This document shows positions 25,981-38,979 of a stretch of DNA of 64,000 nucleotides, piece after piece; the stretch's first letter is position 1, and each line of letters starts with the position of its first letter. Source of the DNA: Dicyema japonicum (Eukaryota > Animalia > Dicyemida); assembly GCA_011109175.1 (NCBI GenBank), contig RDEW01000007.1:1316295-1380294 (forward strand), written 5' to 3'. The position numbers and the translations under genes are program-made. Below the pieces are notes generated by a model. That model had not been told where the DNA came from and made no database searches. It saw only the letters and a program-made list of their open reading frames with translations.

Positions 25981-26703
25981 ATGTCCATGTTGTCCCTCAT
26001 TAACCTGTTGCTACTTTTCGTAGTCTATTACCCTCCTATTAGATACCAAATTGTCGTCCGAAAATTAGCAGTATTTAACTACAACTATTTCCCTAATCTA
26101 ATCATAACGAAGTTTGGTTGGATGATTACTATTATTTTCGTAATATTACTAAATTTCATGAAAAACGTAAATTCAGACTCGTTTTCTTTGCCAAAATTTA
26201 TTAAAAAGTTTATAATTTTTAAATTTTAGAATTTCCGTTGTTCATTCCCTTTGGTTTGTCACCACCAAAATTTTGTTTTATTTTGAGACTTACTACGGTC
26301 ACTGTAGCCTCCCATTCAAACTGTAATTTTTGAAAATAACACGTAGTTCGTCCAAGTCAGAGTGCCGAAATTATGGGGGAAGGTGGAATTCCGTATTTGA
26401 CATTTCTGGTCACACATTCCTCGTTTTCATGTCGTTTTTGCTCGTAGATAAGGAATTTAAAAATCTAAAGAGCAGGTTATTGGTTATACCACAGTTTAGG
26501 ACTCTGAGTCGACCGTACCACGTGCTTTACCGTGTTTTGTTATGCCTGTATTCCGTTCTGTACGCTATTTGGACTGTATTTCAATTTGCTGTATTTAGAT
26601 GACTTTGGTTACGACCTTTGTATTTTATCATTCTTTTACCGAATGTGCTGCTGGAGTTGTTCTCGCCTTTTCCTGTTATTTTGTTAGTTCATTAGCTGAT
26701 TAG
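25981..26703 (+). CDS. Fat storage-inducing transmembrane (FIT/FITM)-like protein; start uncertain
   Basis: CRNYGGRWNSVFDISGHTFL is the FIT signature, and a C-terminal HSFTECAAG TM segment is present. N-terminal hydrophobic exon contains KFGWMIT. Confidence 0.7.
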
Positions 26704-28104
26704 TTGTCTTTTTTATTTCACTGTTTTTAGTTGTTTTAGTTATTAAAGAATTTAATAATCAAAATAAACAGCACGTTGAGTGATCTTCCAGTAAAAAGAG
26801 GCCGAAAGTCGATAATTTTGATGAAATTTAAATGATATTTTGACTCAGCGTTCTTGAAGTATGAATGACAATTTAGGAATTAAACTATAAAAATTGTAAT
26901 CATATTTTTAATTGTTCCTATCCGCCTAAAATATCTTCATTTTTTGACTTTTTAAATAAAAATTGTTGTCTAAATAATTGACCTTAAATTTTTATATGAA
27001 AACTTAATCAAAAATTAAATTTACTTAAAAGAAACATCAATCGACGGTCATACAGTAGCGTGGCTATTCCCCTCAGGATGGCGAGCGAGATTCGCTCAAA
27101 TAGTCAGCAGCGTTCATAGAGATCTCATGTGTCTGTAGAAAACCGATACCCTAGATGAAAATTTTTATAAAATGCAAAATAGTTTGAGACAAAATTCTGA
27201 GCATAGAAATCAAACGTTGATATAAGTCAACTTTTATAGACTAAACTTTGATGAGACTAGTAAGTCCACCAGGATATAACAAAACTAATACGATAAATTA
27301 GTTCAAATCGATTTTTATCATTTTAGTGAAAAAATTAAAATTACAGTTTATCGAATGATAATGGTTATCCACTCAATTATTCTGACATGTGGAAGGTTCT
27401 AACTATCGAAGCCTGCAACATTGGTCGATTTTTTTGTCCAGCCTTCAGCCCTCGGAATCACGAGATTAAAAAACTATTTATGTTCATATAGCTACTTGTG
27501 AGATTTGTTTTCTAAATCACTATCTAACGCTTGACTTTTCCCCTCGTTTATCAACTCGTCCGAAGATACCCTTGGATGGGAAATACGCTAGTACTTTTCA
27601 AAAAATCTCTAGATATTTCTGAGTGCGAACAAACTCGGATTCTTGGACCACTCGGCATAGCATGGCTATCTCCCATCTTGAAAATATTATTTCTGGTTTA
27701 GGCCCCCGTTCACCCCGAGAGACTTATGGGGATCAATCGTACTCCGAGAATTAATAATCCAAATATGCTGTTCCTTTTATATTAACCCGGATTTACATAC
27801 ACTTCTCACGGTCGGAGTAGGACGTAACTATTCCAATCATTGCATCCATCCACATTCGCCATTGTAGAAGTCCCTCCATTGGAGTTGGAAGAAAGGGCTC
27901 TTTTTTATTGCCAGACAATCATTAAACGAATCCTGAGTTATGTGGATTTAATGCCACCTTTAGGAATTGAAGAAAGTAGAGTAAAAAGAAAATCATTCGA
28001 CCTAGTTGGTAGAGGTGTAGGAATCAGCTAAATGTGATGTAAACGATTGTCTAACCACTACGCTACCTGCTGTTCTTAGAGTATTCGTACGATCTAATCA
28101 TCGT

Positions 28105-28700
28105 TGATAGAACCCGGGGATCACTGAGAAAGAAAGACAGAAATAACGTCAAAAGGTTAGGTGACCCAAGTTCCCACAATTAACTTCGCCATTTAACGTC
28201 TGTAGTCCTTCATTGTATCTACTACAGACGAAAGCTCATTCTCTCAAAGGAATTTGACCGGAGATTGGAACTTTTGGATCAATTGGTTTTCTTTTACCTT
28301 TCATAATCACAGGGGAACCAGGTTTCCAGACGCGGTGGAATCCGGATTTGCATCTACCGGTTATAACTTCCTAACTAAAGGGCGATTGATGATCAACTTT
28401 GTGGGCCCACTATACGAATAAAAGGAGTTGAGTCTGTGAAGCATAGTCTCATATCGTGAATCAGCCAATCAATGACACTATTTACTTTCAGTTAGGCATC
28501 ATAGTTATCGGCTACTTCAATAGTCCTCACATTATCTTCAATTGTCCCATCTGTCAAACAGAAGAGCCTTCAGGAATGCTTACAAACAAACTTGATCAAA
28601 GTATCTTTCTTCAGGACCAATCGGCGTTTCTTTGTGTGAGCGATCGTATTACCCAATGGGTTCCTGGTTTTATACGGAAATGCAAAAAAAACGTGGCCAT
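28105..28700 (-). mobile_element. Ingi/Vingi-like 3' fragment
   Basis: 3' end GGGTCACCTAA...CTTTCTTTCTCAGTGATCCCCGGGTT matches the family consensus. Confidence 0.6.
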
Positions 28701-29379
28701 GATTCCTCGTAGATTTCTCTAAAGGAGAGTGGTGGGGGATAGATGACTCGGTGTAGAGAAAGACGCAAAGTTTTTCGTCTGATTGAATTCAATTTCTCGA
28801 TATCGGGAACTTCTATGTGTGACGGACGTATTCAATAGCCTGATTGTACAGTCTCCTGAACACTGGAGGAGGGAATGGGCTCTTTTACAGCATATACCAC
28901 TTCTAGATACCCTGTTCAAGATATCTCGGCGTGATATGATCAGGATGTCGTAAGTAATGCCCGAGACCAACTGGGCATTCATCCCGAGTCAGAAAGAAGT
29001 TGAAAACGTGCTTATACCCCCAGCCTCTCTTTTTTGGCAGGAAGTGTTCAACCATCCACACGAGAAGAAGGGGAACGTAAGGTCACACCTAGTTTGAGAG
29101 GAAATTAAGACATTTGTGCGATAATGTCATTACATCAACCACCCGACCGACCAACCAATTATTCCAAAGTGTTCTTGTGGTGTAGTGCTCACTCTAACGA
29201 AGAATCATTAGAATGACCGTACTCGATGAGGATAATGCTCACTTATTCTGCATAAATCTGAGGAAACCTGTCTGATTTGCCAAAGAAGTAATGCTAGAAC
29301 GCTTGTTTCCCTAAGACAGCTTCTCTTCAGAAGGAAAAGCATCCTTCTATGCCACAAGATCTTTGTACACTAGTCTCTA

Positions 29380-29910
29380 TTTTCGAGAAGATTTTACTTC
29401 TGATGATCTTGGAGGAGCTGATGGCCTAAGCCCAGACATTTCATGGACTTTTTATCTTAATTTGTTGTCAACCTGCTATTATTCTTTCCCGGAGAATTCT
29501 GGATTTTGTGTAAGCTTTCTGAAACTATTTCTGATTTTGGTCGCAAACTAATATTTTCTGCAAATTTTACTGCGCTGGGAAAGAAAGACAGCGGAATTCG
29601 TTGTATTGTAGTCGGAAACGCTTTTCTCAGGCTTTTTGGAAAGATTACTTGTAGATCAGTCATTGCGAATATTCACCTGACTTTTGTCCATTTCAGTTGG
29701 GTGTAGGAGTCAAAGTGGATGCGAAGTGGGAGGTCCATACGATTAGGGAGTTCGTAGGGCTATCATCTAAAGCTGAGGAGAACGTCCTTTTCAAATTGAA
29801 TTTACACAACGCATTTAACTCGACCAGAAGAGATGTCATGCCTGAACTTTGCTTAAAAAAACTACGAAAATTCATCCTGTTGTTGAGTGATAAAAGAACG
29901 CCTTAGGGCA
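29380..29910 (+). mobile_element. CRE-like RT, N-terminal half (degraded)
   Basis: GGADGLSPD, IRCIVVGNAFLRL, QLGVGVK and KLNLHNAFNS motifs. Confidence 0.7.
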
Positions 29911-30639
29911 AGTTTACCAACAGATTTACCTTTCTGGACAGACGTGTTTTATTTTAAGCTCTAAAACTGTCTTTCAACCTCCAAATTTCTCCATGCTATG
30001 ATGAACATCTCCTATCTGTCCTTGACGGAGATATTTTGGTCAACCATAAGAGCATATCTCGATGATCATTGGAAATAGCCTGGTCATTCAAGTGCCTCAG
30101 ATTAAAATTAATTTTAGTTATTTAAATAAAGATTACTAACCAATTAACTAGCAGTTGCTCTCCCCCACTCCACTGGAGGGATTTTCAAAACTGCAAGGAA
30201 TGGACGTCTTTTAACTTTTGTGATAGTTCTGTATGGACTTGTGTGACGTTGAAGGACTCCCCTCCACAAACTCAGTCAAAATACTGGCGGGCACATATGA
30301 CCTTTAATGATCATCAGCAAACACGTAAGCACCGTCATCTTCTCTTACCAGCGAAAACTAAATTTTATAAAAACGTTACTTGGATACTACAAAAGATGTT
30401 TTCACCCAACAGTAAATCATCTTTACACCCATTATATACTACCGTCAATCGACTACTGCTGTGAGGCATGGGTACTAACCTATCCTATACCAACCTAAAG
30501 AAAATAAACTCCTTCCAAGAAATATTAACGAGGGCCCTACAAAGGTCATCCTCCTTGTCACTTAAGCCAACCCCGTTCAAAGAACTCATGAGGAGAATGG
30601 GAGGCCAGTTGAGACTTCAAAACTTCCGGAAAGTAATTT

Positions 30640-31190
30640 GTCTATAGTGAGTCGACTTTCGGGAGAAGCACCGAGAAAAATATTCAGAGTTTATAGTTAA
30701 CTTAGATGGGGAACTATTTTGTTGAAAATGTTCCTTGTCGTATACATATTTGACAATTTAGCGGCGATGGAATTATTGTAAACAAAATAAGGACTTAAAA
30801 ATTATTTTAGGCAAAAAAGTCGGTACTATGTTCTACACTGTTTGAAAGTTTGAGCACTATTGCCGCTAATTATTTGGGGTTGATAGACTTAATTTTTAAC
30901 AGAACGTGAAGATTATTCAACAATGGGAGCATTTTTGGACCTACAACAGATTCATGACAAAATAGATCCTTGTAAAGTAATTAATATATTAAAAAAAGTT
31001 CAAATGACTGGAAATACTACAATATTAAAATGAAATTCTCCCATCATCTGTCTATGCAAATCTTTTTCCTCTGTTAATACAGCAAGTTCTGCCTCTGTTA
31101 AAAGAGCTATTTCACTAATATCAAAGAGTCTCACAAAAAATCGAAATTTAAAACTAAAAATATTAATGACTATTTGATTTCATTCTATAA
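30640..31190 (+). mobile_element. hAT transposase C-terminal remnant
   Basis: VNTASSASVKRAISLI resembles the hAT dimerisation motif (SASVERxFS). Confidence 0.4.
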
Positions 31191-32031
31191 TAAATAAATA
31201 ATTTTTTTATAACCACTTTATGTAAAAATAAAAATGCTCTTTTTGCTATTTTTTATTTTTAAAAAATTGCTTATCTTTAATAATCACCTTACGAAAAAAT
31301 AAAAAACTGTCGAGTTTTGCTTGGAGATCCAGTACCACAGACATAGTGGAACTCGAAAACAAATATATGAAACATTTCCATACCATAGGTTTACTTATTA
31401 AGTCTATCAAATAAGTTCATTTTTAAGATTACAATTCGTTTTATGTTAATTAAACAATTCAAAGTATGCTTTATCTGAGAAAATAACTGAGTCTGACAAT
31501 CATTCCTTTATGAATTGTAATTTAAAGTTAACTAATTTCGAATAACAAAGATACAACGAAAAATCCAGTATTCTTTGTTTCCATAACGTAAAAGTCATTT
31601 TCTTTAAATAGTATTGCCATCTTTTAAAGTCTCTCATTAAAAAATCTGAACTTTTATAAGAAAAAAATTATAAAAACTTCAAATCTATTTTTTACGAGAA
31701 CTAGATTTTTTAGAATATGAATGAATGAAAATATTCCAAAGACCAAAGGTAAAACCAAACTAATTAATCCTTTGATCCTGACGCGTTAAGTCGACCCCTC
31801 ATCCAGGCACAGTGAACCAGAGTACATTTTCCTGAAAGTTAAGGTCGAAGCCAGAACTCGTCACTAGGGAGAAAAATTGTCTCATATTGGAATGAATAGA
31901 CTGATCCTTTAAAATGTCAGCCAGACATTGTGCGTCTTTTGAATTGAACAAATCCGATGACGCCACTAAATGGAAGGATGTGAAATCTTCAATTAAGCAG
32001 CTACGGTGTGGTGTGATCAACGAAATCTCAG

Positions 32032-33200
32032 ATGGAAAATAAAGAACGAAAAGAAGACGAAATACTAGTAACAAAGCCAATAAGAACAAATAAGGTATGT
32101 CTCTTATGTGGACACTCGAATATAAGGAAATATGGAATTAACTGCACGCAATGTGAATCATTCGTCCATTTGGGCTGCATCAAAATGAATAAAGCTTGCG
32201 TCGAGCAAATTATCCTATGGGGAAGATACGTCTCTGGTTTTTAAAAATGAAATTATCAAATCAAAAACGGGGGTCTAACAAAGAGATCTTCTCGGACCTC
32301 TCTTATTTGCCCTGACCATTGATGATGTTGTGAGATCAATTGATGCTCAGTTAAATCTCTGGTACCTCGATGATGCTACAATTAGAAGAGGATCATTCAA
32401 GGAAACATACAATTCATTACGTAAAACGTTACCCGCTTTAAAATACTTGTGCTTGGACATCAATGTTAACAAATCAGAGCTAATAAATGTCTCATATCCA
32501 TACACCGACATTCTATCATGGAGTCTATTAACAAACTGCTTCCTGGGACCCGACTGTGACAATTGATAAATTATATTTCCTCAGATGCTCATTCAGCGAA
32601 GAAGAACTCAAGAACCATATCTACTTTCCAAAAATGAAGAATTAACACGATTGTGAAAAGATTGTCATGTCTCGACTCTCACACATCCTTCTTCCTGATG
32701 AGAAACAACATCGGACTACCCAATCTTTTATATCTACTCCGATGTTCACCTTGCTACGAACAATATGACAGTCTACTTTCGATAGACAAATCTCTCAAAC
32801 AAACTGTTGAGTCACTAATTAACGTCCACTTCGACGAACTTGGTTGGAAGCAATGTAAGATTCTTTCTGGATTTGGGGATGTCGATCTAAGATCGGTGCT
32901 GGAAGTTGCGTACCAGGCATATCTATCGTCTCTCACAAGCTGCAGCCATTTGACACGGCAAGTCCTTCATCACACTATTGGACTTCGCTGGAATGAGTCA
33001 TTTGACGAAGCTTGTCGTAAATGGAACGGGTCCGAACTCAAAATCTCCGAAGACACAACGAAGCAAAGTAATTGGGATAACATTGTCTCCTCCAAAATTT
33101 TGGAAGACTTTAAAAAAAAGCAATTAAAATCGCCTCGCTTGTTTGGTGTCAGCTTCAAGTGGAGGGAGTGAAGCTTATAAATTGATGATGAAATTGACCA
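32032..33200 (+). mobile_element. CRE-like retrotransposon: PHD-like finger plus RT C-terminal half (degraded)
   Basis: CLLC...CTQCESFVHLGC; GV*QRDLLGPLLFALTI; LNLWYLDDAT; LLYLLRCSPCY. Confidence 0.75.
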
Positions 33201-33335
33201 AAAATGTTAATTAGTAAAGGGCGTGGCAAAAATTCATTATTACTAAATATGACGATTTTTTGTTATTTTATTATCATTGTGTTCTTTTTGTTATTTAACT
33301 ATCATTCCGTTTCTATTTGTGAGATTTGAAAAAAA

Positions 33336-35222
33336 ATGACTAAGAAAATTCAATGGAGTAAAGGAATTGAGTTCGTGATGACTTTGATGTCATTTGCCGT
33401 TGGACTCGGCAATATATGGAGATTTCCATTTTTGTGCTTCAAGTATGGTGGAGGTTTTGGATGTTTAACAGGAAGGTGTATTCTTGATTCCGTACATTCT
33501 GAGCTTATTTGTTATTGGTTACCCAATGCTTTACTTGGAGATTGCCATAGGGCAGTTCACTGGCCTAGACTGTGTGTGCTGTTGGGACATATCCCCCATT
33601 TTCAGAGGTCTTCTTTTATAATCACATTAGGAATTGGGTATTCTGGAGTTATAATTTCATTTTTTATTGGAGTTTTCTACAATGTCCTCGTCTCACAATT
33701 TATGGAATACTTGTATTATTCGTGGAAATCAACATTACCTTGGACATCTTGTAATAACTCTTGGAATGTTAACTGTATTTCAAATATTTTTGAATATATT
33801 AGGCACGAGTGGACTAAGTTCAAAACAATTTTTCTAGTAAAAATTATATTAAAATTAGCAATAAAATCCTCCAGCAGACTGATTCCATTGGTGAAAGAGG
33901 GAAAGTCGTCCCCGAACTACTACTTACATATTTTATTGCCTGGTGTTTGGTGTATTTCTGCATAATAAAATCCGTGAAATCAGTCGGGAAAGTATATCAA
34001 AAATAACGTTGTAGATCGCTTATCTCACGACGATCATCCCTTACGTACTTCTCACAATTTTGCTAATCAAAGGATTGACTCTTAAGGGATCCAAAGAAGG
34101 GGTTAAATTTTATTTGTACCCCGATATTTCCACTCTTAAAACAGGGAAGGTAAACTTAAAGAATTCTCATTCTAGATTTGGGAAGAAGCAGCCAATCAAA
34201 TTTTTTTTTCATTATCGACATGCTGTGGGGGAGTGATAACACTTTCCAGCTACAACAAATACGACAATAATTTTCTGAGAGATACCATAGTTGTTGGTAC
34301 GTTAAATAGCATAACATCCTTTTATTCGGGGTTCGCAATTTTTGCGGCAACTGGTCACTTGGCCTACCTTTCAAATCAATCTATTAACAACGTGACAAAA
34401 TCTGGTTAATATTTCCATGATTTTCAGGTACCGGGTTGGCTTTTATAAGTTATCCTGCTTCTATTTCAGCATTACCACTCCTCAGTTATGGGCCACCTTG
34501 TTTTACTTGATGATGTTCTGTCTTGGCTTCGGAACTATGGTCGGCAAATATCATAATTTTAGATCGCTACAGCAGAGGGATACATTGCCCCTATTCAAAA
34601 TTACTTTATCCCCAATGCTTCCAAAAAGATTGTTTATCTTTTTCGAGCAGCTTTTTGTGCACTCAGTTTTCTTTGCGGGATAATAATTACCTTCCAAGTA
34701 CCATGAGTTAGTAAAGTGATTAGGGGGGATTCTACTATATAGATATTTTCGATAATGCTTCCTCTTCTGGGTTTTTGTGGGTAGGGATTTTTGAGTTGAT
34801 TTGCCTTATTTATATATATGGTTAACAAAAAATAACTTTATTTTAGATTATAGGAATTTAATGAAAGAGATCGAATATATGACAGGAACTAAGAATAGTT
34901 GGGTCTGGAAGGTTATGTTTATCTTCGTTGCTCCAGCTGTTGCCCTGGTAAATTGTTTCATCCAAATTAGATTCTTTTGGTCACAGCATACATTGAGTAT
35001 GGCCCAGCCGAAACAGCGACAACGAAAACCTCAGCAGGAATCAACCTGTTTCTATCCCTCTTGTGCATTCTTCCAATGCCTGTCTATGCTATCGGTTATG
35101 CGATTTACGCTTATGTATGATCAATTATATGATTTTAGAAATATAATCTAAGCATGTTCAAACCTTGCGACAGTTGGCTGAATAGGCATAAGCGAGATAC
35201 GCCTAGAACTAACAATTTATAA
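33336..35222 (+). CDS. SLC6 sodium/chloride-dependent transporter (neurotransmitter:sodium symporter family), multi-exon
   Basis: W..GIEFVMTLMSFAVGLGNIWRFPFLCFKYGGG (TM1), LPWTSCNNSWN, WEEAANQIFFSLS and GPGLAFISYP motifs, with tiny introns. Subfamily not resolvable. Confidence 0.9.
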
Positions 35223-35379
35223 CTTTACTAACATAGTGATTATTTTGTTTATGGAAATTAACACAAAAACAAATGTATTTTTTAAATGGCTATTTAACTG
35301 TTGTACTTAAGAAATTGCGGTCTGATAAAAACCGACAAAAATCTCAATAAAATTTTTTTTATTTTAGTGAAATATTTTT

Positions 35380-35858
35380 TAAAATAAAAATATTGAATAC
35401 AACAGACCAGATTTGTTTATCTACGATAAAAAGAAAAATCAAATACTGTTGGTTGAAGTGGGTATAACATCAACCCAAAAATCTCTAACAAGTAGAATTC
35501 AAAAAAATTGAGAAAGTATGACTTTTTATCGAAAGAACTGGAATCAATATACCATGCGAAAGTGAGGATTGTCCCAATAGTACTGACCTGGGATGGATTG
35601 GTAACCTCACAGTCGTGGAAACATTCCAGATCTTTGAAAATAAGCGAAAGAACCAATAGTATACTGAATCATTGGTTATACGTAAAACTTTTGAGTCGAT
35701 GATTGTTTCATACAGGAATAAGACGGGTTTTGTCGAATGAACTGAGGAACTAAAGAAGGAAATAAATAATATATACGACAATAGATAACAAAGAATCTCA
35801 GGACGACGGAACAAGTAACCTGGACTGCTCAGAATCGAAATTTGTGGATGATTTAGAA
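35380..35858 (+). mobile_element. R4/Dong-like RLE remnant, interrupted by the hAT insertion
   Basis: NNRPDLFIYDK...LLVEVGIT...KYDFLSKEL...IVPIVLTWDG. Confidence 0.75.
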
Positions 35859-38800
35859 CAGGGGTTCTCAACCTTTTTTTACTTTTTTTTCGACTTCCCT
35901 AATATTTACTCGACCCCTTAAAACTTTTTTAATTTGAACAGATAATTCTAAGTAAAATTAGTTAACTATCTAAAATGAATTCATTGTTAATAATCAAATA
36001 AAACAAATAAAGTATATACTCGATGTTAAGTTGGTATCTTAGTATAAATCAGAGCTTTTCAAAAAATAATTCTCGCGGCACACTAATCGTAAAAAAAATA
36101 ATCCACGGCACACATTAAAAAATAAAAAATTAAATTTTTAAGATGTGTAAAACTAAGTACAAAAATTGGTAATTTAATGCCCAAATTTTTATTAATAAAA
36201 AAATGAATTCTTAATTATTATTGTTTTTGCATATATCATCAATATCAGGTTGAATGGTTAACAAAGGCACTCTCATTTCAGCACAAATCGGACGAGAAAC
36301 AGTATTATCTGACAAAGGTATCTTCATTATTTTTTGTTCATATTTATGACCAAACATAGTCCGAGCAATAATACGACAAGCAGGGATTATCAAGTTTTCG
36401 CCAATAGTGTGAGGTTTTAGTTGTTTTGCTATCACTTCTGAGATCAGGTATGAACATTTCAATGATTCCTTTGTGTTTAAAAAAGTTTCACTGAACATCA
36501 GATCTACGATTCATAGTAAAAACTAAATAATACTTAAGTTGTTTTTTTCAAATGGATAAAATAATCCACAGATTTTTCGGAATAGTCCGGATGCTTGGAA
36601 GTAAAATGTCTCTTTAGTTTGCTAGGAACCATAGCATCACTTGCCAAAACTTCCATGCAAATTAGACATTGAGGTAGTTTATTTTTATCTTTGCATATAA
36701 ATCCAAATGACAAATAAGAATCTTTATAAGAACGACGAACTGATTTACCCATAAGCACGTTGATGCGCACGTTATTAAAAAATTAAAAAATTAATAAATA
36801 ATGGTTAACCAATGTAAATGTCATTTATGTATAATAAAATAATTATTTTAATTTTAGTAATTATTTTAATTCGTTTATCTTTTTAAATTAATTAGGTCAA
36901 AAATGTATACAAATTTATTCAAATTTGTATTTGGCAGGCGGCACACTAGAAATTGTCTTGCGGCACACCGTTTGACAACCTCTGGTATAATCTATAATAA
37001 AAAAATTAAATACCAATGGGATCCCTGTGACTGATGTTTTTGACCAAAGATTCGATATCTGGCTCTATTTGTGTTATTTTTAAACGAAGATCTCCTCTAA
37101 TGGACACTTCCAATCTGTTTCGTTCTTTATTTACAATTCGATGTAGAATGCTAAATCCGCATACAACACAGTATGATGTCGGAAAATAGAGTAGCAATTG
37201 TGCTATTTCTGTCCACAATTTTGGATAACTCTCCTTCACTTTCATATTTTGCCAAAAAATAACAGGTGATTGTGAAGCATTATAATATAGTTTTAATTCT
37301 GGATTATTTTAACATAACTAATTCCTCTTTAATAATTTCTTTATGTTCTTCTGGCTTTGACAAAAACGGATTAATCATCCAAGATGGAATTTCTAATTCA
37401 AGAATATCTTGGAATCGAAGAATCAAATCTTTTCTATACTTAATAAATGTTGCAAAAAATTTTTAATATCTTCATCATCAAATGTTTGACCAATTGAGTA
37501 GAATTCGGGAATGTTATAATAATTTCTTTTTTCCAAAATATATTTATATAACTTAATTTTTTCGATAAATATTTGAATAATTCTTTTACAATCTATTAAC
37601 GTCACATACTTTCCTGAAGTTCTAATGAAACTTTATTAAATTTTCCAAAAATCCAAATCAAATAAACAATTTCTTTCTTTTTCGATACAATTAAATCTGC
37701 TAAATTTTTTCACACTCAGAAGTAAGAAAATTTACGATTGTGTCATATAATATTGAAAATCGTTCTAATGCATTTCCCTTTGATAACCATCGTATCTGTA
37801 AAATAAAATTGGAAACTATAACCTCAGTGTAAGCACAAGACAGACATATGTTTCTTTAGCCTCATAGCAAAATTTTTTAAAAGACAGTCATACTTGCTGT
37901 TTGCTTTAATTTTGTTTATGGTTTTAATAACTATATTTAACGTTTCATGTAGAATTGGCGAAAGAGCTTTTGAAACCAAATGTTGTCTATGTAGAACGCA
38001 ATGTACATGAATCACATTTGGACATATTTTTTTCAAATATGCCGCAAATCCTTTATATTTTCCAACCATAGACATTGCACCATCTGTGGCACAAGAAACC
38101 AAATTTTCATATGGAATCTTCATGTCATCCAAAAATAATTTGACTACGGAAAAAATAGAAAATCCAGTCGTATCAGTAAGAAGAGCATGATCGTCAAAAT
38201 ATCTTAAAGGGTAAGCTTCTAATAAGATTAACCTGAGATATCCCATTAGAATTGATTGGTTGTCACATATATGACTTTCGTCAATTTGAAGCAAAAAAAT
38301 AGTATTTTTAAGCCTTTCACATAAAATATGTTCAACATTATCTGCCATTTCGTCAATCCTGCGGCGAATTGAATCATTGCTAATTGGTACGGAATTTAAA
38401 ATTTCATCGAGATTTAAGCCCATAAGATCTGATAGAATCACTGATAAATGGTTTGATGAGATTTTCACCAGAAACATGGGAACTCTCATTTTTGGCAATA
38501 ATCATTCAATTTTATAGGATGCAATTAGTCCTCCTAAATATAATTTAAAATAAATACAACTATTGTTTCTTTCACTACTATTTGTAAAAACAGTGTCAAT
38601 CGTTTTTTGTTTACGAAAAGAATCCTTTAATTCTTCAAAATACTCAGATGGTTTATCTTTTTTATCCGAATGTTTTCTCCTTAGATAATCCAACAATTTG
38701 GACAGTTTTATTGCATCATTTGATAATGACTTATTACACAGTAAATAATATGGTCTATTATCAAAAGAATTTTTTTATAAATCCAAATGCAAATATTCAT

Positions 38801-38979
38801 TTTTATATTGACGAATTTTTAATGTAGAAAAACGACTCATACACGAACAAAAACAAGTATGGTAATTTTAAAAATTTTAAAGAACAAAGGTTTACCACTT
38901 TAAAAATAAACTAACTTAATTTAAATTGAAAAAGATTAAATATAATATTAAATTTATTTTCCCCAGGTTGAGACCCCTG
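35859..38979 (-). mobile_element. Buster-type hAT DNA transposon (~3.1 kb) with decayed transposase
   Basis: TIRs CAGGGGTTCTCAACCT (35859) and AGGTTGAGACCCCTG (38965-38979). 8-bp flanks ATTTAGAA and ATTTAGAG (nnnTAnnn). Transposase pieces 38502-38850, 37824-38498 (LQIDES, CATDGA, HCVLHRQHL) and 37006-37245. Confidence 0.88.
36050..36984 (-). mobile_element. Internally deleted Buster-type hAT nested in the larger hAT
   Basis: TIRs CAGAGCTTTTCAAA (36050) and TTTGACAACCTCTG (36971-36984). Flanks GTATAAAT and GTATAATC. Subterminal CGGCACAC repeats. BED-finger peptide PQCLICMEVLASDAMVPSKLKRHFTSKHP and KPHTIGENLIIPAC. Confidence 0.82.

Noticed and set aside
27050-27170. 5S rRNA gene (starts TCGACGGTCATAC)
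   Set aside because: Similarity is limited to about 12 nt; the internal control region and the rest of 5S are absent.
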